This document shows, one piece after another, positions 53,315-64,000 of a stretch of 64,000 nt of DNA (position 1 is its first letter; each line of letters starts with the position of its first letter). The stretch covers positions 160,001-224,000 of the forward strand of contig JBBRLQ010000008.1 in the NCBI GenBank assembly GCA_038231275.1, given 5' to 3'. The stretch comes from Polyangiales bacterium (lineage in GTDB: Bacteria > Myxococcota_A > Polyangia > Polyangiales > Polyangiaceae). The notes beneath the pieces were generated by a model. It was not told the DNA's origin. It did not search any database and saw only the letters and a list, made by a program, of their open reading frames with translations. The translations under genes were made by a program, and so were the position numbers.

Positions 53315-55810
53315 GTGCGCCTCGGGGACACGATCGGACGCTGGTTCGGCAGGGTCGAGGTCGTCATCGCCGGCGCCGAAGCGGCGCTGCGCGAAGGGGA
53401 TCAGGCGCTCGCGGCGGGCGACGCGATGCGGGCGCGCGCAGCGGCGAGGGAGGTGCTCGAGCGGGTGCCGCACTCGCCGCTGGGGCTCGCGCTGCTGGCC
53501 GACGCGTGCGAGCTCGGAGGCCTCGACGCGGAGCTGCAGCTGACGCTCGAAGAGCTGTCCGAGCGCGCGGCGCAGCGAGCCGACGTCTGGGTGCGGCTCG
53601 GCGGCGCGCGCGACAAGACACACGCGCCGCGGGAGGAGGTGCGCGACGCGTACGTGCGCGCGCTCGCCGTCGCCGAGCCGGGGAGCCAGGCGCGACGCGA
53701 CGCGCTGCTGGCGCTGGCCGATCTCGATCTCGCGCAGGACGACGGCGCACGCGCGGAGCTATGGCTCGATCGCGCGGCGTCGAACGCGGCCCCCGACGTG
53801 ATGCTCCGCCGCGCCGAGGCGCGCCTCGCACAGGGGGACGTCGTGGGCGCGCGCAAATGGCTCTCGACCCTCGCGAGCGACGCCACCGACGGGCGCGCGG
53901 CGCTGGCGCGAGGGCGCGCGTTCGCGATGGGTGGAAGCGCCGAAGCGTTCCCGTCGCTGTTGCGCGCGTACATGCTCGACACGCCCGGCGCGAGCGAAGC
54001 CCTCTCGTCGACGCTCGCGTGGGTCGCCGCCGATCCGGAGACGCGCGCACGCACCCGCGCCGTCGTCGACGCAAAGGGAGAGGCCACGCTCGCGCGTTTC
54101 CGCGCGGCCTTCGCGCGCGCCGACGGTCATCGCGACGAGGCGCGTGCGGCGCTGCTCGACGCGGTCTCCACCGGCGACGCGTCGGCCGCGCGTCCGCTGC
54201 TCGACGCCGCGCTGCAGGATCGCGACATGGGCGCGCTGCGTGGCGCGCTCACCGCGCTCGACGCGGGCAGCAGCGCCGACGAGCCGATCGCCGTCGACGC
54301 GCGGAGGCTCCTCGAAGGCGACACCCCCGAGCGTGTGCTCGATGCGCTCGCCACCGTGACCCACGAGCGCGTCCTACCGTGGGCGACCGAGGCCGCCGCC
54401 GACGTCGCGCGCGCGTGGGCACCTGCCGGCGCGCCCGCGGCGTGGCCCGCGCTCCTCGCACGCCTCGATGGCCATGCGCGCAGCCTCCACGATCTCGACG
54501 CGCTCACCGACGTCGCGCGCCTGGTCGTCGAGCGCACGCGCCCGGTCCGCGTCGCGATCGTCGGCGAGTTCAACGCCGGGAAATCCACCTTCATCAACGC
54601 CCTCATCGGCGCTGACGTCGCGCCCACCGGCGTCCTCCCGACGACGGCGACCCTCCACCACCTCCGGTATGCGCCCGATCCCATCGCCCGGATCCTCTTC
54701 GTTCTGCCGCACGAGCCGCCGGAGCGCATCGTGCGCGTCGAAGATCTGCGCGCGACGCTCAAGGGTGTCGGCGATGCCCCGGTTCGGCGCGTCGAAATCC
54801 ACCTCCCCATCGCCTCGCTGACGCGTGTCGAGATCCTCGACACGCCCGGCTTCAACGCCCCCGACAAGCGACACTCGGAGGTCGCGCGCGAAGCGTTCGA
54901 GGAGGCCGACGCCGCGATCTGGCTCCTCGACGCGGCACAGCCCTTGAAACAGACCGAGCGCGCGGTGCTCGAGGAGGCGAAGGCCGCGCGCCTTCCGGTG
55001 CAGATGCTCGTGAACAAGGCCGATCGCCTCGGCCCCGACGATCTCGCGAAGGTGATGGAGACGCTCCGCATCGCGCTCGACGAGGTCGGCCTCGCGTCGA
55101 CGACGCCCCCGATCGCGCTGTCGGCGCGGCTCGCCCTCGCGGGACGCCTCGGCGACGCGGCCGCGCTCGAGGCGAGCGGGTGGAGCAAGGTGCAATCGCT
55201 CCTCGACGAAGAGATCGTGGCACGAAGCGCCGACGTGAAGGAGCGCGCGCTGCGGCGCCGCGCGGCGAGGCTGGTCGCGAGGCTCGGCGCCAGCGCGGCG
55301 CGCGCGATGGAGGCCGAGCAGGCCGAGCGCGCACGAGAAGAGGCGCGGGTCGTCGCGCTCCGCGAGGCGGTCGCGCGCGTGGACCGCGAGGCCGAGGCGC
55401 TCGGCAAGCGCATCACCACCGCGCTCGAGACCCCGATGACCGCGTGGCGCCGCGATCTGCGCATGGTCGCGGCCGGACGCGACGCGGCCGCCGCGCAGGA
55501 TCCGAGCCTCGGCCAGTACCGGACCGATCGCGCGCTCGCCCACCTCGCGGGTCCCCTGGAGGCCGAGCTCGCGCGCCTGGTGCCCGACACGAGCGCGCGT
55601 CGCCTCCCGGTCCGCGCCATCGCCCGCGCCGCGGTGCGCACCTACGCGTCCGCGCCGACCTCCGAAGCGGCCGCGCCGACTCCCCTCGTGAGCGCGTCGA
55701 TCGCGACGTTGGGCGAGGTCCTCAGCCGCGCCGCCGTGCCGACTCCGAGCACCGCGATGGCCACCGGCCTCGTCCGCGAGCTGCGTGCCCTCTCCGAAGC
55801 CCTTGCGTGA
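53315..55810 (+). CDS. Dynamin-like GTPase fused to an N-terminal TPR-like helical region
   Basis: G1 VGEFNAGKST, G2 LPTT, G3 DTPG, G4 NKAD, followed by a coiled coil; about 410 aa helical N-terminus; GTG start inferred. Confidence 0.88.
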   Translation: MRLGDTIGRWFGRVEVVIAGAEAALREGDQALAAGDAMRARAAAREVLERVPHSPLGLALLADACELGGLDAELQLTLEELSERAAQRADVWVRLGGARDKTHAPREEVRDAYVRALAVAEPGSQARRDALLALADLDLAQDDGARAELWLDRAASNAAPDVMLRRAEARLAQGDVVGARKWLSTLASDATDGRAALARGRAFAMGGSAEAFPSLLRAYMLDTPGASEALSSTLAWVAADPETRARTRAVVDAKGEATLARFRAAFARADGHRDEARAALLDAVSTGDASAARPLLDAALQDRDMGALRGALTALDAGSSADEPIAVDARRLLEGDTPERVLDALATVTHERVLPWATEAAADVARAWAPAGAPAAWPALLARLDGHARSLHDLDALTDVARLVVERTRPVRVAIVGEFNAGKSTFINALIGADVAPTGVLPTTATLHHLRYAPDPIARILFVLPHEPPERIVRVEDLRATLKGVGDAPVRRVEIHLPIASLTRVEILDTPGFNAPDKRHSEVAREAFEEADAAIWLLDAAQPLKQTERAVLEEAKAARLPVQMLVNKADRLGPDDLAKVMETLRIALDEVGLASTTPPIALSARLALAGRLGDAAALEASGWSKVQSLLDEEIVARSADVKERALRRRAARLVARLGASAARAMEAEQAERAREEARVVALREAVARVDREAEALGKRITTALETPMTAWRRDLRMVAAGRDAAAAQDPSLGQYRTDRALAHLAGPLEAELARLVPDTSARRLPVRAIARAAVRTYASAPTSEAAAPTPLVSASIATLGEVLSRAAVPTPSTAMATGLVRELRALSEALA

Positions 55811-55837
55811 GCCTCGATTTCCAGGCACCACAATCCC

Positions 55838-56326
55838 ATGCGCTTTCGTCACCCCTTCGCCGCTGCGCTGATCCCCGTGCTGGGCCTCGCGCTCGCCGCG
55901 TCCGAGCGCCCCGCGGTCGCCGATCCGCTGCTGGAGGTCGGGGGAGACAAGATGAGCGTCGAGGCCGAGCGCCTGGACGTCGACGTCAACGCCGGCGAGG
56001 CGGTGCTCACCGGCAAGGTCATCCTCTCGAAAGGCGATCTGAAGGTCAGCTGCCCGCGCATCGATCTTAAGTTCAACACCTCGCCCCACATCACGTGGGC
56101 GAAGGGCTCCGGCGGCGTTCAGGCCGACGTACGCGGCGTCCACGCGGAGGCGCCGGAGGTCGAGCTCGATCTCGTCAAGTCGTCGCTTGAGCTTCGCGGC
56201 GGCGTTCGCCTCACGCGCGGTCAGGGATGGCTCCAGGCCGAGAAGGCGACCATCGACATCGCGTCCGCCAAGGTCACGCTCACGCAGGTGAAGGGCTCGA
56301 TCCCGGTCCCGCCTCGAGGCCCGTGA
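55838..56326 (+). CDS. lptA: LptA/OstA-family LPS transport periplasmic protein
   Basis: Signal peptide, beta-jellyroll-like AVLTGKVILSKGD, LRGGVRLTRG; GTGA overlap with lptB. Confidence 0.78.
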   Translation: MRFRHPFAAALIPVLGLALAASERPAVADPLLEVGGDKMSVEAERLDVDVNAGEAVLTGKVILSKGDLKVSCPRIDLKFNTSPHITWAKGSGGVQADVRGVHAEAPEVELDLVKSSLELRGGVRLTRGQGWLQAEKATIDIASAKVTLTQVKGSIPVPPRGP

Positions 56327-57075
56327 GCGAAGCGGCCTTGCGCATCGAGGACCTCCGCGTCGTCCGCGGGGGCAAGGCGATCGTCCGCGGCGTCTCGCTC
56401 GACGCGCACGCGGGCGAGGTGCTCGGCTTGCTCGGTCCGTCCGGCGCGGGCAAGTCGACCCTCTTCCGCGCGATCGCCGGCGAGCTGCCGTGCGAGGGCG
56501 GGCACGTCCACCTCGGCGCCGACGACGTCACGGCGTGGCCGCTCTGGCGCCGCGCGCGTGCCGGGCTCGGCTACGTCCCGCAGACGCCGAGCGTCCTCTG
56601 GGATCTCACCGTGCGCGGCAACCTCGACGCGTTCCACCGCATCGTCCTCGAGCGCGCGCCCACGGCGAACGAGATCGATCTCGCCGCCGACCGCGTGAAC
56701 CTCACGAGCCGCCTCGACGTGAACGCCGGCGAGCTGTCGGCCGGCGAGCGCCGTCGCCTCGAGCTCGCGCGCGCCATCACCCGGCAACCCAAGGTCCTCG
56801 TCTGCGACGAGCCGTTCGCCGGCGTCGATCCGCAAGGCGCCGCGCACCTCGGCGAGCTCCTCCGCGAGCTCGCCAAGACCGGGGACGTGGCCGTCATCCT
56901 GGCCGACCACCACGTCGCCGAGGCGCTCCACATCTGCACCCGCGCGACGCTCCTCCTCGACGGCCAAATCGCCGCGAGCGACGAGCCGGAGGCGTTCCGA
57001 GACCACCCCCTCGTGCGTGGCCGGTACCTCGGCAGCTGGCAGCGATCGTTGCCGCCGCCCGCCCCCAGCAAGTAG
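56323..57075 (+). CDS. lptB: LPS export ABC transporter ATP-binding protein
   Basis: LLGPSGAGKS, RARAGLGYVPQ, LSAGERRRLE, DEPFAGVDP, VRGRYLG; upstream of rpoN. Confidence 0.9.
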   Translation: MSEAALRIEDLRVVRGGKAIVRGVSLDAHAGEVLGLLGPSGAGKSTLFRAIAGELPCEGGHVHLGADDVTAWPLWRRARAGLGYVPQTPSVLWDLTVRGNLDAFHRIVLERAPTANEIDLAADRVNLTSRLDVNAGELSAGERRRLELARAITRQPKVLVCDEPFAGVDPQGAAHLGELLRELAKTGDVAVILADHHVAEALHICTRATLLLDGQIAASDEPEAFRDHPLVRGRYLGSWQRSLPPPAPSK

Positions 57076-57149
57076 CTCCGCGGTCGCCGTTCTCACTAGA
57101 GGAGGAGGGAAAACCCGCCCGCAAACGCCTGCGCAGCGCGTTTGACGCC

Positions 57150-57165
57150 TGGCACGAAAGTCGCT
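57150..57165 (+). promoter_or_regulatory. Sigma54-type -24/-12 site upstream of rpoN
   Basis: TGGCACG-AAAG-TCGCT (GG-N10-GC, one mismatch to consensus). Confidence 0.65.
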
Positions 57166-57238
57166 GTGCGAGGCGCGCGGCGGGTGTTACCTTAAAGAAT
57201 CGCAGGGCACCTTCGGGGGATCGCGGAGCTCGGTTCTG

Positions 57239-58777
57239 ATGGAAATCAAACAGCAACTAAAGCTCAGTCAGCAGCTGGTCATGACCCCGCAGTTGCAGCA
57301 GGCGATCCGCCTCCTGCAGCTTTCGCGCCTGGAGCTCATCGACGAAATCCGCAAGGAGCTCGACGCCAACCCCGTGCTCGCGGACGACGAGATCGATCCG
57401 CGTGCCCGCGGCCAGAAGACGGAGACCGGAGCCGCGCCCAACGAGCAGATCGACCCAGGCGTCGCCGCCAGCGCCGGCGAGGAGCGCATCGAGCGCCTCG
57501 AAGACCGCATGCGCGCGGCCGATCCGAACACCACTCACCCCGACGAAAAACGCACGCAAGAGATCGACTGGGAGCAGTTCCTCGAGAACCGCACCCTCCA
57601 GCAGCCGCTGCCCGCCAGCCGCGGCGGCTTCGAAGAGCTCCCGCCGATCGAGGCGAGCCTCACGAAGCAGCAGAGCCTCGTCGACCACCTCAAATGGCAG
57701 CTCCAGCTCTCCGACTTCGGAGACGACGAGCGCCGCTTCGCCGAGCTCGTCCTCGGCAACCTCGACGAAAACGGCTTCCTCGATCTCAAAGGCACCGAGC
57801 GCGAAGACGGAACACGCACCCCAGACCTCACCATCGAAGAGATGGCCGAGGCCGCCGAGCTGAACCCCGAGGACGCGCCCGAGGTCCTGCGCATCATGCA
57901 GGAGTGGGATCCGGTCGGCGTGTGCTCCCGCGGCCTCAAAGAGTGCCTCATGGTCCAGGCCGAGGTGTTCGGCTACGACGACCTCGAGGTGCTCATCATC
58001 GACAAGCACCTCCACAACCTGGAGAAGCACAACTACCAGGCGATCGCGCGCGATCTGAAGGTGCCGGTCGAAGAGGTGTACGAGGCCGTCAAGGAGATCC
58101 AGAAGCTCGAGAGCCGTCCGGCCCGCAATTTCAGCGAGACCGACGAGAAGAGCATCGCGATCACCCCCGACGTGTACGTCATCAAGGACGGCGGCAAGTT
58201 CGTCGTCTCGGACAACGATCGCGGCGTGCAGCGCCTCTACATCAACGAAGCGCTGACGAAGCAGCTCCTCAAGGATCCGAACGCCAAGGAGTTCATCGGC
58301 GAGAAGCTCCGCAACGCGCAGTGGCTGATTCGCGCGATCGAGCAGCGCCGAAAGACGATCATCCGCGTCACCGAGTGCATCGTCGAGAAGCAGCGCGACT
58401 TCTTCGAGAAGGGAGTGGCCTTCTTGAAACCCATGATCCTGCGCGACGTCGCCGAGACCGTGGGCATGCACGAGTCGACGATCAGCCGCGTCACGACGAA
58501 CAAGTACGTGCACACGCCGCAAGGGCTCTTCGAGCTCAAATACTTCTTCAACTCGTCGATCCGGCGCGTCGCGGAAGAAGACATCGCGAGCGAGAGCGTC
58601 AAGCAGGCGATCAAGAAGATCATCGACGGCGAGGACAAGCAGAACCCGCTCTCCGATCAGGCGATCGTCGAGATCCTCGCGAAGAACGACGGCATCCAGA
58701 TCGCGCGCCGCACGGTCGCCAAGTACCGCGAGATGCTCGGCATCCTCGCCTCCAGCAAGCGCAAGAAGCTCTTCTAG
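57239..58777 (+). CDS. rpoN: RNA polymerase sigma-54 factor
   Basis: MTPQLQQAIRLLQL, HESTISR, RpoN box ARRTVAKYRE. Confidence 0.98.
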   Translation: MEIKQQLKLSQQLVMTPQLQQAIRLLQLSRLELIDEIRKELDANPVLADDEIDPRARGQKTETGAAPNEQIDPGVAASAGEERIERLEDRMRAADPNTTHPDEKRTQEIDWEQFLENRTLQQPLPASRGGFEELPPIEASLTKQQSLVDHLKWQLQLSDFGDDERRFAELVLGNLDENGFLDLKGTEREDGTRTPDLTIEEMAEAAELNPEDAPEVLRIMQEWDPVGVCSRGLKECLMVQAEVFGYDDLEVLIIDKHLHNLEKHNYQAIARDLKVPVEEVYEAVKEIQKLESRPARNFSETDEKSIAITPDVYVIKDGGKFVVSDNDRGVQRLYINEALTKQLLKDPNAKEFIGEKLRNAQWLIRAIEQRRKTIIRVTECIVEKQRDFFEKGVAFLKPMILRDVAETVGMHESTISRVTTNKYVHTPQGLFELKYFFNSSIRRVAEEDIASESVKQAIKKIIDGEDKQNPLSDQAIVEILAKNDGIQIARRTVAKYREMLGILASSKRKKLF

Positions 58778-59007
58778 GCGTTCTCACGCTCTCGCCGGGA
58801 CGGCCGAGCCCTCGTATCCGGGTCGAGCAAGGTCCGTCCAGCGCCAAAAAACTGCGGAATGTCCGACGCTTCCGGGGGGTTACCCGCGCGTGACAAACCC
58901 GTGCGTGTCGTGCGCCTTTTTGTGCACGGGCCCCTCCGTAGACGGGGCTATTCTGAAGACATGGAGCGGCGGGGCTCGCGCCCAGCTGCCCAGGGAGGCT
59001 GAGCCCA

Positions 59008-59352
59008 ATGAACATCGCGATCACGTTCCGCCAGATGGATGCAACCGAGGCGATGCGTGCGTATGCAACGGACAAGATCGGAAAGGTCCAGAAGTTCCTC
59101 CGTCAGCCCATGAAGGGGCACGTGACGCTCAGCCTGGAGAAACGGCTCCACACGGCAGAAGTCGACGTCCACTCGGGCTCGGAGCATTACCACGCGACCG
59201 AGAAGAGCGAGGACATGTACGCCTCGATCGACAAGGTGATCGACAAGGTCGAGCGTCAGATCCGCGAGCATCACGGCGTCGCGAGCGGCCGGAAGAAGGG
59301 CGCCGAGCGCGCGAGCGAGCACCTCATCGCGGACGAGACCGGCGAAGAGTAG
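59008..59352 (+). CDS. hpf: Ribosome hibernation promoting factor (short HPF/RaiA)
   Basis: MNIAITFRQMDATEAMR, EDMYASID..IDKVERQIR; downstream of rpoN. Confidence 0.92.
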   Translation: MNIAITFRQMDATEAMRAYATDKIGKVQKFLRQPMKGHVTLSLEKRLHTAEVDVHSGSEHYHATEKSEDMYASIDKVIDKVERQIREHHGVASGRKKGAERASEHLIADETGEE

Positions 59353-59372
59353 AGGCGCGAGGAAGTGAGGGT

Positions 59373-59395
59373 CCGTCCACGCCTTTCGTGGACGG
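59373..59395 (+). terminator. Stem-loop after hpf (terminator-like or stabilising)
   Basis: CCGTCCACG-CCTTT-CGTGGACGG 9-bp stem; no clear U-tract. Confidence 0.5.
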
Positions 59396-59508
59396 GCTCC
59401 CTTCGGCTGGGTAAGGTTGTCGCAAGGGACGCCGCCGCCGACGGAAATGGTCGCGTTGGGGGGCTTTCGCGGCGAAAGCGGCGGCACCACCTTTCCTAGG
59501 CCTACCCC

Positions 59509-60009
59509 ATGCGACTTACCGAGCTTCTCACCCCCGCGCGCGTAGGAATCGAGCACGTCGCTCCGACCGGAAGCGAAGGCGGCGCCGACCGCGCGAAGAA
59601 CGGCTTGTTCGATAAATCAAAGGCGCTCTCGCTCCTTGCGGGAATGCTGGCGACGGGCGCGTCGGTGTCACGCGCCGAGGTGGAGCGTGTGCTCGTCGAG
59701 CGCGAGGGGCTGCAGTCGACCGGCATCGGCGAGGGGGTCGCGATCCCGCACGGCGCGCTCCCGCAGCTCGACGCGCAGAGCGCCGCACTCCTCATTGTGC
59801 CCGAAGGCGTCCAGTTCGATGCCATCGACGGCGCCCCCGTGAACATCCTCTTCGCCGTCATCGGCCCCAAGCGCGCGACGGGCGAGCACCTCAAGACGCT
59901 CGCGCGCGTGAGCCGTCTCCTCCGGAACAAGGGCTTTCGCGACCAGCTGGTGGGTGCATCGGCGGCGCAAGTCGCGTACGATCTGATCGCTGCCGAGGAG
60001 CAGAAATGA
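59509..60009 (+). CDS. ptsN: PTS EIIA (Ntr/fructose-type)
   Basis: EREGLQSTGIGEGVAIPHG, FDAIDGAPV, HLKTLARVSRLL. Confidence 0.92.
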   Translation: MRLTELLTPARVGIEHVAPTGSEGGADRAKNGLFDKSKALSLLAGMLATGASVSRAEVERVLVEREGLQSTGIGEGVAIPHGALPQLDAQSAALLIVPEGVQFDAIDGAPVNILFAVIGPKRATGEHLKTLARVSRLLRNKGFRDQLVGASAAQVAYDLIAAEEQK

Positions 60010-60025
60010 GCGATCCGGGGGGACC

Positions 60026-61197
<1,172 letters not shown>

Positions 61198-61201
<4 letters not shown>

Positions 61202-62280
61202 GCACCGTCTCCACCACCTCCGCCTTTCCCACCGATCCGCGCGCGCGTCCGCTGGTCGTCGTCGTCACCGGAATGAGCGGCGCCGGCAAGTCGACCGCGC
61301 TGCACGCACTCGAGGATCTCGGGTTCTTCTGCACCGACAACCTCCCGACGGTGCTGGCGCCGCAGGCCGTCGCGCTCTGCGAGCACGGCGGCATGACGCG
61401 GGTCGCCCTGGGCATCGACGCGCGCGTCCGAGCGTTCCTCGGCGAGACGGGCAACGTGCTCGCGATGCTCGAGAACGGCGGCCAGCGCGAGGTGCAGATC
61501 ATCTTCCTCGACGCGTCCGACGAGACGCTCCTGCGTCGCTTCAGCGAGACGCGGCGACGGCATCCGCTCGACACGAGTGGGCAGGACGGCGCCGGCGCAG
61601 TGCTCGAGGGAGTCGCCCTCGAACGCGAGCGCCTCGCTCCCCTGCGCGCGCGCGCAACGCGGGTCTTCGACACCACGCTCCTCAGCGTCCACGAGCTCCG
61701 CCGCGCGGTCATCGCGCACTTCGGGCCTGCCGGCGACGGCACCCCCGAGGGCATGAGCACGCGCATCGTATCGTTCGGCTTCAAGTACGGCGCGCCGGTC
61801 GACGCCGATCTCGTGCTCGACGTTCGATTCCTCGAAAACCCTTATTTCGTGCCGGAATTGAAGAATTTGCCCGGCACCGATCCCGCTGTGGAGCGCTTCG
61901 TCCTCGCGCTGCCGGAGACGCGCGAGTTCGTGCAGAAGACGCTGGAGCTCCTGCGCTTTGTGCTGCCGAAGTACGCACGCGAGGGGAAGAGCTACCTGAC
62001 GATCGGCATCGGCTGCACCGGCGGGCGCCATCGCTCGGTCGTCGTCGCCGAGCGGCTCGCCGCCGATCTCACCGCGGCGCTCGGCGGCGACATCACGCTC
62101 GTCCACCGCGACGTGCTCCGCAAAGGGACCGGTGGCATCGCCGCGCGGTCCGCGTCCCAGCCGCCGCCGCCGCCCCACCTCGCGATGCCCGAAGAGCACA
62201 GCGAGCTGAAACACGCCTTGTCCCCGCTTCCGCAGCCCGTCCACCAGAGCTTTCGTCCGCCCAAGGGAGGCAGCCTATGA
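61198..62280 (+). CDS. rapZ: RNase adapter RapZ (YhbJ/YvcJ)
   Basis: TGMSGAGKS, DNLP, RRFSETRRRHPL, SFGFKYG, DVRFLENP, IGCTGGRHRSV. Confidence 0.95.
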
Positions 62281-62555
62281 GCGAGCGCGAGGTCAAGCGC
62301 TTCGAGATCGTGAACAACCTCGGGCTGCACGCGCGCGCGGCGACCAAGCTCGTCCAGCTCGCGTCGAAGTACCCGTGCGACGTCGAGGTCGCCAACGACG
62401 AGCAGACGGCGAACGGCAAGAGCGTCATGGGCGTGCTGCTCCTCTGCGGCTCGCGCGGGACGACGATCGAAGTGCGCGCGACCGGTACGCAGGCGAAGGA
62501 ATGCGTGGAGGCCATCGGCCAGCTGATCGCCGGAAAATTCGGGGAGCCTGCGTGA
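62277..62555 (+). CDS. ptsH: Phosphocarrier protein HPr
   Basis: GLHARAA (His15 motif), NGKSVMGV (Ser46 motif). Confidence 0.95.
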   Translation: MSEREVKRFEIVNNLGLHARAATKLVQLASKYPCDVEVANDEQTANGKSVMGVLLLCGSRGTTIEVRATGTQAKECVEAIGQLIAGKFGEPA

Positions 62556-62556
62556 G

Positions 62557-64000
<1,444 letters not shown>

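Overview
High-GC chromosomal segment, most likely from a myxobacterium (Myxococcota, Polyangiaceae-like, inferred from gene content and protein style, not from a marker gene). It holds about 58 CDSs and no rRNA, tRNA, CRISPR array, transposase or integrase that I can recognise. Left to right: the 3' end of an SctV/FlhA (FHIPEP) gene; a pheA-aroA-cmk-rpsA housekeeping run interrupted by lipoprotein genes and a small RHH module; argO/lysE plus argP/lysG; smc with upstream DnaA-box-like motifs; an SOS mutasome (imuA-imuB ... dnaE2) split by about 6.5 kb, with a near-identical LexA-type box at both halves. The intervening block carries an ABC-ATPase + TOPRIM-like pair (candidate defence system), a rhodanese, and a Fur/PerR regulator with a signal-peptide-bearing katG. 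Further right: an S9 peptidase, an XPB-like helicase + Bax1/DUF790 nuclease + larE cluster, two Ser/Thr kinases, a dual-receiver protein, an RqcH/NFACT-like protein, a vWA protein, a helical-repeat/dynamin-like GTPase fusion, and lptA-lptB-rpoN-hpf-ptsN-hprK-rapZ-ptsH-ptsI (cut by the window end). Best leads: the ATPase/TOPRIM pair, the split mutasome with twin SOS boxes, the XPB-Bax1 pair, the dynamin/kinase locus with its 11-bp repeats, a CarH/CarA-like operator, and a PheA with degenerate-looking catalytic motifs. All family calls come from reading motifs by eye; no database search was run.
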